64,000 nt of DNA, taken from contig NC_086108.1 in NCBI RefSeq assembly GCF_963921235.1, positions 102,612,001-102,676,000 on the forward strand, written 5' to 3'. The DNA is from Mobula hypostoma. Taxonomy: Eukaryota. The notes under the pieces are model-generated. The model did no database searches. It had not been told where the DNA came from and saw nothing but the letters and a program-made list of their open reading frames with translations. Numbering within the stretch: the stretch's first letter is position 1; each line of letters opens with the position of its first letter. The position numbers and the translations under genes were made by a program. Shown piece after piece: positions 37,065-49,174 of the stretch.

Positions 37065-37465
37065 CTACTGCCCATTACGCCATCGGCATTTAGGATAGCG
37101 ATGACGGTCCTCCATCTCAGGCGGTGTTCAGGGCTTCCTTCATTATGTCAGTAGCTTGGCTTTCACTACTGTCTGTCGGGTGGAGACTCAGGAAATGCCG
37201 TCACACTCAGATATAGAAGGATTCTTCATTGCTGTTTCCTCAACAGTTTTGGTTTACCAGTCAGGGTTGTTAGCCCTGAGCTGTAACCCCCAAACCTGGA
37301 GAACTAGTGGACCACTCTTAGTCTGACCTCTACCATTTGAACTGTTTGACATGGGTGACCCTACCAAGGGCCAAAGGATAAAGCCCTGACTCCAGCCAGC
37401 ATAGCTCTCCAGGTCACTGAGACACACAAGCATCCAAACCACAACAAGGATCTGGTCCTCTTGGA
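37065..37465 (-). mobile_element. RTE-derived internally deleted non-autonomous element
   Basis: RTE-type 5'UTR motif gggttgttagccct..aacccccaaacctggag..ggtgaccctacc joined to a short 3' segment. Confidence 0.55.
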
Positions 37466-38139
37466 GGTCTCAGTTACACTAGTGTCATATTTATTTTCTT
37501 GGTTATTTTTGTGCACGTGTCATTTATGTTATTTGAATATATTTTATAATGTACTGTGCTGTTACTGCAGAAAGCTCATTTTACCAGTGATGCTATAAAG
37601 CATCACACTAACCACTGTGCTACTGTGCTTCCCTATATAAACACATTGGCACAGTAAGATAGGAAATACAATCCTCATTTGCACTCAGGCCGGTCTCCTG
37701 CACAGGAAAGTGGTGAACAACCAGAAAGTTTGTCTACTTAGCATTATTTGAGGAATAAATAGCACACAATTCTTGGCAGAATTCTCCTTCCCTGTTTTTG
37801 AAATATGGTCATGGGAAATTTTACACCCACCTGGCAACATGGGCCCTTGCTTTACATCCCAACAGTGTGCTGAGTTCTGATCCATGGAGTAATGAAGCCT
37901 AGAGGCACAGCCATTAATAATGGACAACAAAGTTGACACATTAGCTTTCAAGGACATCAAAAATAAATTCAACAAATAGGTTTTCTCACATGAGCCCATG
38001 CCTGCATTTGATTGATAGCTTACTGGATCAGAATTGGACCTTTGTATATTGATGCAGTCAGGTTATTGTATTAACGTAAAGTGTGATATATCCTTCAACG
38101 GTATGGTATCATACTTTCCAGATAAGAGTCTTTCAGGAC

Positions 38140-38700
38140 AATACACACAAAATGCTGGAGGAACTCAGCGGATCAGGCAGCATCTGTAGAAAGAAATGTG
38201 CAGACAATGTTTCAGGCTGAGATCCTTCATTGGACTGGCTAATATATAATCATGGTGTTGGTCTGAAACATTAACTGTATATTCCTTTCCATAGGTGCTG
38301 CTTGTCCTGCTGATTTCCTCAAGCATTTTGTGTGTGTGTGTGTTACTCTGGATTTCCAGCATCTGCAGAATCTCCTGTCATTATCAGTTAGGTCAGTAGG
38401 TTTTACTTAGCTTGGTAAATTAAGACAGAGCTTGAGGGATGAGAGAATGGGGAAAAGAGTTGGTAAAACTCTCGCTTGATCAGGTTGGAACAAATGTCAG
38501 GAATGATGACCCGAATGGCCCATTAGCACCCCGGTAAGAAACGTGAACTGAAAAGACCATCAGACATGGGAACACACACCAAATGCTGGAGGAACTCAGC
38601 AGGCCAGGCAGCATCTATGGAAACGAGTAAACAGTCAATGCTTCAGACCAAGACCCTTCATCAGTACTGGAGAAAAAAAGATGAGGTCAGAGTAAGCAAA
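38140..38700. mobile_element. Penelope terminal-repeat palindrome (38140-38378) and tail copy (38570-38690)
   Basis: Inverted arms of aaatgctggaggaactcagc..gcagcatct. Confidence 0.78.
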
Positions 38701-39400
38701 AATGAGACATACCACCAGGTTCAGGAAGTTATTGCCCTACGATCATCAGGCTCCTGAATCAACATTGATAATTTCTGTATTGAACTGATTCCTCAACCTA
38801 TGGACTCACTCTCAAGGACTCTACAACTGATGTTCTCAGTATCTATCTATCTATTTATTTATTTGTTTGTTTTTTTTTAATATTGTACTTGCACTGTTTG
38901 TCTTCTTTTGCACATTGATGGTTTGTCAGTTTTCATTCAAGGTCAAGTTTAATTGTCATTCAACCATACATGAATACCCACAAATACAGCATTACTCCAG
39001 GGCTAAGATACAAAACATAATATCATCAGTCATTCATAGCACAAGGCACGTATACCACATGTAAGGCAACAGTAAAATACAGTCACACACAAAAATATAG
39101 TCAAAGTCCTGAGTAGATGGAAGTTGCAGCAGGCTGCACTCAAACACAATACATCTTGTCTTCTACCGAGCTGACACTGGAGGGCAGCACCAACTCCAGC
39201 ATGGATGCTGCACCACAACACCTCTGGCACTCTGGTGGAGTGCAGTGTCTCCAACACCTCTCTGCTCGGTGGCTGCAAACAGACTACACCGTGGTTTGAG
39301 GTGTATATCTTACTATGGCCAAGGCCATGCAAGTCTCCTGCTGTCTACCCCTGCCATTTGCCAATAAAGCAGTGAATTGCATGGTGGGATCCCTTGGTGG

Positions 39401-40068
39401 GAAGATGGCGGCACGATGCAGCTCACAGCGGCCACTCCGGTGGTGATGTCTGTACTTGTCAAGTAGGGTGCCGTGCACAATCCTGATTTGATGGAGACGA
39501 ATATGAGAGCACGGAGGAACATCTGGTGAAACTTCTGAAATGCCTGTTTCGCTGCTGCTGTTACTGTGTGGTCCAGAATCTCCGGAGGAGAAGGCCCCGA
39601 GTCCTCGGCTTTGCTTGTTGCTCGGCGGTCGGGGCGGGGTCAAAGCGCTCGGCTGAGATGGAGCTCAAGGAGGCTGTGTTGGAGGGGCTGGTCGGAGACT
39701 CGAAATTTTCAGATGGACTCAGAGTCCACTGTGGTCAGGTGTTTCCAATGATGCTGTATCGGTGAGTTGGCGGCACTTGGAAGTTAATGGCAGGGAGAGT
39801 TCCTCCCTTCCGCCACCGGTGTGGGATGATGAGTTTATCGAGACTTTGAGACTTTTTCTTTAACCGTGCCCATGGTCTGCTCTTTATCAAATTATGGTAT
39901 TGCTTTGCACTGTTGTAACTATATGTTATAATTATGTGGTTTTGTTAGTTTTAGTCTTGGATTGTCCTCTGTTTTCTTGTGATATCATTCTGGAGAAACG
40001 TTGTATCATTTTTTAATACATGCATTTCGAAATGACAATAAACGAGGACTGAGTGTCCTCATAATCTA
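39401..40068 (+). mobile_element. Non-autonomous retroposon with a CpG-rich 5' region starting at a YY1 motif
   Basis: Starts AAGATGGCGG; LINE-like T-rich 3'UTR ending AATAAA plus hairpin GAGGAC-tgagt-GTCCTC; no ORF. Confidence 0.5.
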
Positions 40069-40144
40069 AAATGGAACTAGATTTGTAGCATTCCATGTTA
40101 CCAATGTCCAACAGGGTTTTGCAATCATAGGAAAAATTAATAAG

Positions 40145-42194
40145 CAACACACATAAAAAATGCTGGTGAACGCAGCAGGTCAGGCAGCATCTATAGGAAG
40201 AGGTACAATCGACGTTTCGAGCCAAGACCTTCGTCAGGACTAACTGAAAGAAGAGCTAGTAAGAGATTTGAAAGTGGGGGGGGAGGTGGAGATCCTGCTT
40301 TCTCTGGTGGGTAGAGTGTAGGTGTTCAGCGAAACGGTCTCCCAGCCTGCATCAGATCTCGCCAATATATAGAAGGCCGCATTAGGAGCACCAGACGCAG
40401 TATATCACCCCAGCCGACTCACAGGTGAAGTGTCGCCTCACCGGGAAGGACTGTCTGGGACCCTGAATGGTGGTGAAGGAGGAAGTGTAAGGGCATGTGT
40501 AGCACTTGTTCCGCTTACAAGGATAAGTGCCGGGAGGGAGATCGGTGGGAAGGGATGGGGGGGACGAATGGACAAGGGAGTCACGTAGGGAGCGATCCCT
40601 GCGGAAAGTGGGGGCGGGGGGAGGGAAAGATGTGCTTAGTGGTGGGATCCTATTGGAGGTGGGGGAAGTTACAGAGAATTATATGTTGGACCCGGAGGCT
40701 GGTGGGGTGGTAGGTGAGGACCAGGGGAACCCTATTCCTATTGGGGTGGCAGGAGGATGGGGTGAGAGCAGATGTGCATGAAATGGGAGAGATGCATTTG
40801 AGAGCAGAGTTGATGGTGGAGGAAGGGAAGCCCCTTTCTTTAAAAAAGGAGGATATCTCCTTCGTCCTGGAATGAAAAGCCTCATCCTGAGAGCAGATGC
40901 GGCGGAGACGGAGGATTGCTAGAAGGGGATGGCATTTTTGCAAGAGACAGGGTGAGAAGAGGAATAGTCCAGGTAGCTGTGAGAGTCCATAGGCTTATAG
41001 TAGACATCAGTAGATAAGCTGTCTCCAGAGACAGAGACAGAAAGACCAAGAAAGGGGAGGGAGGTGTCGGAAATGGACCAGGTAAACTTGAGGGCAGGGT
41101 GAAAGTTGGAGGCAAAGTTAATGAAGTCAACGAGCTCAGCATGCGTGCAGGAAGCAGCGCTAATGCAGTCGTCGATGTAGCAAAGGAAAAGTGGGGGACA
41201 GTTACCAGTATAGGCTTGGAACATGAATTGTTCCACAAAGCCAACAAAAAGGCAGGCATAGCTGGGACCCATAAGGGTGCCCATGGCTACACCTTTAGTT
41301 TGGAGGAAGTGGGAGGAGCCAAAGGAGAAATTATTAAGAGTATGGACTAATTCCGCTAGACGGAGCAGAGTGATGGTAGAGGGGAACTGGTTAGGTCTGG
41401 AATCCAAAAAGAAGCGGAGAGCTTTGAGACCTTCCTAGTGGGGGATGGAAGTATATAGTGACTGGAAATCCATGGTGAAAATAAAGCAGTGGGGGCCAGG
41501 GAACTTAAAATCATCGAAAGAATTCAGAGCTTGAGAAGTGTCACGAACATAGGTAGGAAGGGATTGAACAAGGGGGGATAAAACAGTGTTGAGGTATGCA
41601 GAAATGAGTTTGGTGGGGCAGGAGCAAGCTGAGATAATGGGTCTACCTGGACAGGCAGTTTTGTGGATCTTGGGTAGGAGGTAGAAATGGGAAGTGTGGG
41701 GTGTGGGAACTATAAGGTTGGTAGCAGTGGATGGGAGATCCCCTGAGTGCATAAAGTTGGTGATGGTGTGGGAGACAATGGCCTGGTGCTCCTTAGTGGG
41801 GTCATGATCGAGGGGTAAATAAGAGGAGGTATCCGCAAGTTGTCTACTGTGCCTCGGCAAGGTAGAGGTCAGTGCGCCAGATTATAACAGCACCCCCCTC
41901 ATCAACAGGTATTATAGTAAGGTTAGGATTAGTGCGGAGGGAGTGGAGAGCAGAGTGTTCGGAAAGAGTGAGGTTGGAATGGGAACAAGGTGCGGTGAAG
42001 TCGAGACGGTTGATGTCCCATCGGCAGTTAGCAATAAAGAGATCCAGAGCAGGCAGAAGACCAGAGCGGGGTGTCCATGAAGAGGAGGAGTGTTGATGAC
42101 GGGAGAAGGGGTCATCTGTGGGGGAGGGAGAGTCCTTGCCAAAGAAGTAGGCTTGAAGACAGAGCCGACAGAAGAAGAGTTCAGCGTCATGGCG
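40145..42194 (-). mobile_element. Penelope-like element, 5'-truncated and decayed: RT, partial GIY-YIG and 3' terminal repeat
   Basis: FYLLPKIHK..PGRPIISAC, TMDFQSLYTSIPH, FLQTKGVAMGT..GPSYACLF, YIDD, VYYKP.DSHSYLDYSSSHP (ORFs 41435-41860, 40919-41407, 40650-40943). Confidence 0.93.
40206..40243 (-). ncRNA. Minimal hammerhead ribozyme motif in the PLE 3' repeat
   Basis: TAGTC-CTGACGA-AGGTCTTGGCTC-GAAACGTC-GATTG: core intact, helix II weakened. Confidence 0.65.
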
Positions 42195-42499
42195 AATAAG
42201 TGAAAAAGTAAATAAGACTTGTTTTTAGACTGCACACCACCTTTATACACTGACTGCTCTCTAATGCAGACAGCAGCACGATCCACACCAAGTCCTCCTC
42301 CTTCAGTTTCTTTAGCAACAAGCAACTCGTTGATGGGGCAGACCTGCAGTACTTTAAGTTCTTAATGTCCAGTGGGGTCTTGGGATCATAACAAAAATAT
42401 TTTATAAAGGACAATAATACCATTGGTTGACCCCATGGAAGCTACTACGTATGAGCACGCTGCCATCTTCCTAGAAGAGAGATATTTGCAGTCTTGTAT

Positions 42500-43292
42500 T
42501 TTTAGTTTTCATTGATTCTATTGCACTTCTTTGTTCTACTGTGAATGCCTGCAAGAAAATGAATCTGAGGGTAGTAAATGGTGACATATACTACTCTGAG
42601 CAGGGTTCTTAATATTATCAAGTATCCTACCCATCCATCCAGCATCCTCTTTAACTTTCTACCATCAGGAAGGAGACTCCGATGCATAAAGACAAGAACT
42701 GTCAGGATGGGAAAGAGTTTCTTTCCTCAGGCCAGTCAGCTTCTAAACACACTGCCACATCACTTTCGAAGTATCACCGGTTAATTTGTTCTGTACCCTG
42801 CAATATTTAATTTAAGCACTTTACTTTGTTTAATTGTGCGATATTCATTTGTAGATTTAATTCTTACTTTCCTAAGTTATTGTGTGTTATGTGTATTACC
42901 GGTGTTTTACATCCTGGTCTGGAGAAATATTGTCTTGTTTGGTGGTGTACATATATATAGTAATTCACAATAAACTTGACTTGACTTGATGTACAGTACA
43001 TACCTTGATAATAATTTTACTCTGGACCTTGGAAGGGAAGTGCTGCCTTTTGCAACTGTTACCAGTCCACTGAGCACGATTCGTTGGGAAATTCTTCTCC
43101 GTATTTGTTTTTATTTGCACAGATTTTCTTCTTTTGCATAGTGATTATTTGGCTGTGTCTGTTTTTGTATAGTTTTTCATAAATTCTATTGTATTTTTCC
43201 CTGTAAATGCCTGCAATAAAATGAATCTTATGGCAATATCTGGTAACATGCTGTACACATATTTTGACAATAAATTTACTTTGAACTTTGAA
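42500..43292 (+). mobile_element. Rex1/Babar 3' fragments
   Basis: IIKYPTHPSSILFNFLPSGRRLRCIKTRTVRMGKSFFPQASQLLN; (CTTGA)n and tttgaactttga tails. Confidence 0.78.
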
Positions 43293-44084
43293 GAAAGTGA
43301 CTCTCTACTTGAACTAATAGGTGTGCAGTACTGGGGATATACATTTGAAGGTGCCATTTTGCAGGTGAAACATGCACAAGTGAATGTAAGAGATCCTATT
43401 GCACGATTTCAAAAAGGTGCAGAGGACATCATGTTTGAGGTAAAATTAACAGAATTGTTTCAGAAGTCAGAACTTAACTCAATGGGCCTGGTGGCTTCCT
43501 CCTGTGGGTTAACAAGAAATGTATAAGCCAGGTTTGCGAAATGTGTCTGGAAACTTTAGAAGGGTTAGGGCCTGGTCTGTCTTGAAGCCTGGATGACTTA
43601 TGGAACAAACTATTGCTGATTGACAGAGATTGTATTGATTTCAGGATTGATTGTATTTTAATGTGACCTGCAAAAAAAAACCCTGACACATCAGTAATTC
43701 ATCATCATAACTGGATAAGGCAATATGCCTTGCTAACAGTTTGTGCCTTAATTATGATGTCAGTCCAAGAGTACATTGCATGCATAAGCTTTTCCCATCC
43801 AGTTTGGACCAAGGAATGAAGGGATAATGTGTGGAACTGAGTGGAGATTGCAGTTAATTCTATAGCCTATTTTTAATGTTTCACATATACTTCAATTAGT
43901 GTGATTTATGCTGAAGAGAAGGTAGGGTGGAGGTCACGGCGGCAACCATTAATGTGCAAGAGCTCATTTAAAGTATAATTTGACAACCGAAATTTTCATT
44001 ACAATGATTAAATTCAAGTCAGCAGACTGCTTCATGAGAATAGTGATTTGACAAAAATGTGTCTTAATGGAACTAATTCGGAAG

Positions 44085-44405
44085 GTGTGTAGCTCGGGTG
44101 GTTGATGGTTGGGCTGAGTTGTTCTCCGATCTTGGCAATTTACTTGCAAGTGTTTCGTCACCATGCAAGGAAACATCATTAGTGTGCCATTGAATGTGGT
44201 GTGTCCTCCGAATACTTGGCCTTTATATACTTTTCAATCAGCTGATTTGTTGTCATTTTGTGATGTGGCAGGAAATCTTTCGAGGTCTACAAACACGTCA
44301 ACCTCGATCCTGTTTATGAGCTGATGCAGGAAAAATTCCAGACCACAAACACATGACGTTCACGACACAGACAATCAGCAGAGATTTCCTCCCCACATCA
44401 CAACA
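44085..44405. mobile_element. Penelope-like terminal fragment with decayed hammerhead on minus
   Basis: Minus strand cactaatgatgtttccttgcatggtgacgaaacac; related to the 22922 and 59555 elements. Confidence 0.5.
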
Positions 44406-44409
44406 CTAT

Positions 44410-45395
44410 CCTCCATAACGCTTTATAAAGCCTCAGCATTACACCCTTTCTCCTATATTTTAGTCCTTTCGAAATGTATACAAAATTGCATTTGCCTTCC
44501 TTGCTGCAACACAACCTGCAAGATAACCTTTAGTTAGACTAGGACTCCTCAGATGTCTGGATTTGCTCCCCATTTAGAAAATAGTCTATGCCTTTATTCT
44601 TTCTACCAATATGCATGACCAAAGTAGGTGTCCCTACTTTGTATTTCATCTGCCACTTCCTAGACCATTCTCCTAATCTGTCCAAGTCCTTCTGCAAACC
44701 CCTGCTTCCTCAACACTACCTGCCCCTTCATCTATCCTTGTATTGTCCACAAGCTTAGCTGCAAAGCCATCAATTCCACTATCCAAATCTTTGCTTATAA
44801 TGTGGAAAAAAACGGTCCCAACACTAACTCCTGTGGAATGCCACTAGTCACCAGCAGCCAACCAGAAAAGGCTCCCTTTATTCCCACTCTTGCCTCCTGC
44901 CAGTCAGCCATCTTCTTCCATGTTAGCATCTTTTCTGTAATACCACGGCCTGTTATCTTGCTGAGCAGCCTCGTGTGCAGCACCTTGTCAAAAGCCTTCT
45001 GAAAATCCAAGTAAACAACAAACTGACTCCTTTGTCTATCCTGCTTGTTATTTCCTCAAAGGATTCCAACAGATTTGTCAGGGAAGATTTCCCTTTGAGG
45101 AAACCTGGCTGACTTTGGCCTATTTTATCGTGTGACTCTAAGTAACCTGAAACCTCATCCTTTTTAATGGACCAATATCTTCTCAACCGCTGAGATCAGG
45201 CTAACTGGCCTATAATGTCTTGTCTTTTGCCTCCCTCCCTAGTTGAAGAGTGGAGTGACATTTGCAATTTTCCAGTCCTCCAGAACCAGTCCAGATCTAG
45301 TGATTTGTGAAGGATCATTACTAATGCCTCTTCAATCTCTTCAGTTACCTCTTCACAATGCTGGGGGTAGTCCATCAGGTCCAGGTGACTTATTA
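44410..45395 (-). mobile_element. CR1 RT fragment
   Basis: QPGFLKGKSSLTNLLESFEEITSRIDKG; DFQKAFDKV.H.RLL; VTSGIPQELVLGP. Confidence 0.88.
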
Positions 45396-45463
45396 AAATG
45401 AACCACAGGTAAAGACTCCAGCCTTTTCCTTGTTCTATTGGTTTGCATTACATTTGGCATATA

Positions 45464-46006
45464 CACTCAGTGGCCACTTTAGTAGGTACCTCCTGTGCCC
45501 TACAAAGTGGTTACTGAGTGTATGTTCATGATCTTCTGCTGCTGTAGCCCATCCACTTCAAGGTTCGACATGTTGTACATTCAGAGATGCTCTTCTGCAT
45601 ACTACTGTTGTAACGCATGGTTATTTGAGTTACTGTTGCCTTCCTGTCAGCTTGAACCAGTCTGGTCATTCTTTCCTGAACTCTCTCATTAACAAGGCAT
45701 TTTTGTTCACAGAACTGCTGCTCACTGGATGTTATTTTTTGCATCGGTCTCTATAAACTCTAGAGACTTGTGGCTGAAAATCTTAGGAGATTAATGGTTT
45801 CTAACATATTCAAACCACCCAGTCTGGCACCAATGGTCAAAGTCACTTAGACTTCCCGATTCTCATGTTTGCTCTGAGCAACAATTGAACCTCTTGACCA
45901 TGTCTGCATGCTTTTATGCATTGAGTTGGTGCCACATGATTGGCTGATTAGATACTTGCTTTAACAAGCAGGTATGCAGGTGTTCCTAATAAACTGGCCA
46001 TGAGTG
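45464..46006 (-). mobile_element. Complete Tc1 non-autonomous element (543 bp)
   Basis: TA-flanked TIRs CACTCAGTGGCCACTTTAGTAGG / CCTAATAAACTGGCCATGAGTG; RMTRLVQADRKATVTQITMRYNSSMQKSISECTTCRTLKWMGYSSRR. Confidence 0.9.
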
Positions 46007-46177
46007 TATGTAACCTTGCTTACAGGCATTACAGGTTGGTTGATCTACTGATACTTTAAATCAGGATGTAACACAGAGGTGATTGTGATTGTTCGCCTTT
46101 CTGTGCTCTGGAACAGAAAATGGGGCATTGCAGCATGATGAATAAGAAATTCACAATATTCCAAACAACATTGAACT

Positions 46178-46181
<4 letters not shown>

Positions 46182-46222
<41 letters not shown>
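46182..46222. repeat. (GA)n microsatellite
   Basis: Direct reading. Confidence 0.95.
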
Positions 46223-46227
<5 letters not shown>

Positions 46228-46759
46228 CAGCTGATGCCCACCTCAAACTTGTCTCCACCCCGCCCTACCCCACCCCACCCCCATTACAACTGCACCAACC
46301 TCATCAATTATACTTGGCAGACATGCTTTCTTTAAAAAAAGAGACGGCAAGAATTCTTGAAAGGCATTAAATAATTATGGCAGTTTATAAATCATACAAA
46401 GGTCCAGAGGCTTTATAATATGCTCTACATTTCCACTGATGGGGTCACATTAATGAGATGATAATTGGATGTAAGGTGATTTGATTCAAAAATAGATGAA
46501 CAAAGGAACACAGGCAATGAGTGGCCTTGGAATGATACCAGACAACTGGTCCCAAACTGTTCATCTATTTATTTGCTTTGCATTCTGACATGATTGTAGA
46601 ATATTTCACAGAGACAGTCCAAGTGGCCCAGATGTTATTTCTAAAGGGCTCTTCCTCTTAGCCCAATAACTTCCTTCTGGCATGATCATATTTTCTCTAT
46701 AAACGTGCATCCATCGGCCTCTTAAGTACATCATTGCTATTAATGTCAAACATCTCTCC

Positions 46760-46995
46760 TGAGTCCTGAGCTCAAAAATCTAGGCCAACACATCAGAGTA
46801 GAATGGAGAGTGTTCTGCACTGACAGAGTTTAATGTCTTTGAGATGAGGTATTATACTGAGGATTGTCTGCCCTCTCTGATGTCCGTGAATGATCTCATT
46901 GCATTAATACAGTGTGTGGCTACTTGCCAGTATTTGTTCTGTATCTCAGCTGGAAGCTCTCTCACCTTGAAGTCAGAAGGTTGTGAATTCAACTC
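46760..46995 (+). mobile_element. Ancient DeuSINE-like (AmnSINE1/SacSINE1-type) remnant
   Basis: aaaatctaggc..gtgttctgcactgacagag..tctttgagatgagg..ctgagg..gtctgccctctc resembles the Deu domain as I recall it; needs an alignment. Confidence 0.5.
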
Positions 46996-47104
46996 TCAGT
47001 CCTCTCCCTGGTAAAAGTCCGTCCTTCAACCTGCAAATGGATTTTTCCCACATTCCTCGGTTTTCAATCTCGCTCTGCATGAGTGGGCTGGCAGAAGTGA
47101 AACG

Positions 47105-47975
47105 CTTTGCGGTGTGGTTGAGCCAAGACCCGCAGGGTTTTCTTTTCATTCGGAGTTGGAGGAGACTGAGTGTATCACCAAAGACTCCAGCAAACTTCTA
47201 CAGAGGTACTGTCGAGGGCATTTTGACCCAGCTGCATCACCACCTGGTATGAGAGCTCAAACTTGCAGGATTGAAAGAGAGCGCAGAGGGGTTGTAGACC
47301 CAGCCAGCTCCATCATAGGCACTAGCCTCCCCACCCTCAAAGACGTTTTCAAGAGGGTGTGGTATGGTGGCATAGTGGCTAGCACGATGCTTTGCAGTAC
47401 AGGTGACCCAGGTACATTTCCTGCCGCTGCCTGTAAGAAGCTTGTACATTCTTCCCGTGACTGTGTGGGTTTCCTCCGGGTGCTCCTGTTTCCTCCCACA
47501 GTCCAAAGATGTAATGGTTGGTAGGTTAATTGATCATTGTAATTGTCCTGTGAATAGGTTAGGGTTAAATCGAGGGCTCGCTGGTGGCACAGCTCGAAGG
47601 ACCAGAAGGGCTTGTTCTGTGCTGTATCTCAATGAGTCAATTAATCAATCAATAAATAAGTAAGGTGGAGCCTTAAGAAGATGACATCGATCATTAAGGA
47701 CTCTCATCACCTACAACATGCCCTCTTCTTATTACTACCATCAGAGAGGAGGTACAGTAGCCTGAAGACCTGCTCTTAACATTTTAGGAACAGCTTCTTC
47801 CCCTCCACCATCAGATTTCTGAACGGTCTGTGAACCCATAACACTGCCTCACTATTCCTCTTTTGTACTATTTATTCATTTATTATTTATTTGTCTTGCA
47901 CTCTACTGCTGCAACAAAACAACAGCTTTCACAATACGCGTCAATGACAACAAACCTGACTCTGATTCTGATTCC
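47105..47975 (+). mobile_element. Rex1 3' fragment with a V-SINE-like SINE inserted (about 47364-47662)
   Basis: Rex1 remnant ANFYRGTVEGILT; SINE V-domain gggtttcctccgggtgctcctgtttcctcccacagtccaaag; tail ctgattctgattc. Confidence 0.8.
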
Positions 47976-48099
47976 TATTAGGTCATTGTGTGGACCCATT
48001 TTGAAGGTGAACATTGAGGAATCAGAGAACCGTAGCATCCCAGAGTCACGCAGCATGGGCAGAGGTCGTTTGGACAATAATGTCAATATGTGGGTCTTC

Positions 48100-48660
48100 A
48101 TGTCCTCTGGCAGCTCATTCCACACTCTGACCATTGAGTGAAGAAACTCCCCCTCACGTTCCACTTAAATATTTCACCTTTCACCCTTAACCGAGGACCT
48201 CCAGTTCTGGTCTCACTCAATCTCAGTAGAAAAAGCCTCTTGCCATTACCCTGTCTAAGCCTCTTGTAATTTTGTATACCTGTATCAAATATCCCCTCAT
48301 TCTCCTGTACTCAAAGGAATGAAGTCCTTAACCTATACAACCTTTCCCTAGACCCCACTGCTAAAGAAGATCAGATTAGGCTGCATATATTTAAACCATT
48401 CACTGATAAGCACAGTAGTGTAGTGGTTAGCACATCGCTTTACAGTGCAGTTGTCTCGGATTCAGTTCCCCTTGTTGCCTGTAAGGAGATTGTACAGTCT
48501 CCCCGTGACCACGTAGTTTCCTCTGGGTGCTCCGGTTGCCTCCCACAGTCCAAAGGTGTACCGGTCGGTAGGTTAATTGGTCACTGTAAGTCATCTCATG
48601 ATTAGGCTGGGATTAAATCAGGGCCTGTTCCGTCCACGCTGTATCTCAGTAAAAAACTTA
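48100..48660. mobile_element. CR1 fragment (minus) and V-SINE-like SINE (plus, about 48410-48660)
   Basis: RVWNELP; gtagtgtagtggttagcac..ctctgggtgctccggttgcctcccacagtccaaag. Confidence 0.72.
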
Positions 48661-49174
48661 AAATTAAAAGTCCAAAGAAGAATTCCTTGTGGCATATGGA
48701 GCTTCTTGGTGTTTGAGACAATGAGTGTAGATGTCCTTCAGGAAAGGCTGAGTAAATATCCTATGGAGATATGAATAGATCCACTCATAGGATGAGATGC
48801 AGTGAATAACAATGAGGTTCCCATTGAGCCAAACGTCTTGTGTCTGTGCTATAAGTTCTGCAATTGCTGAGAGATCAGTGGCCCCAGTAAACAATATTGC
48901 AGTTCTTTTCTAAAGTGTTTCGAGTCCTGTTTCACATGAGCAGGAGGGAAATCATACAAACAACATAATTACACAGTTGAATATGGAAACTGCTGGAAAT
49001 GCACAGCTGGTTCAGTCAAGTAAAGAGAAATAGGCATACTGATCAAATCTCAGTGATGCCCTAAAGTGCTTCACACCCAATGAAGTATCATTGAAATAAC
49101 TAGCGATCTCTTCAGTGCCAGTCACACACCACAGGAAATGTATTATTCCTGCCATCTTCCCTGGTATACTGTGG

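Noticed and set aside
40650..41860. Intact or domesticated reverse transcriptase gene
   Set aside because: Frameshifts, stops and an internal deletion indicate a dead Penelope copy.
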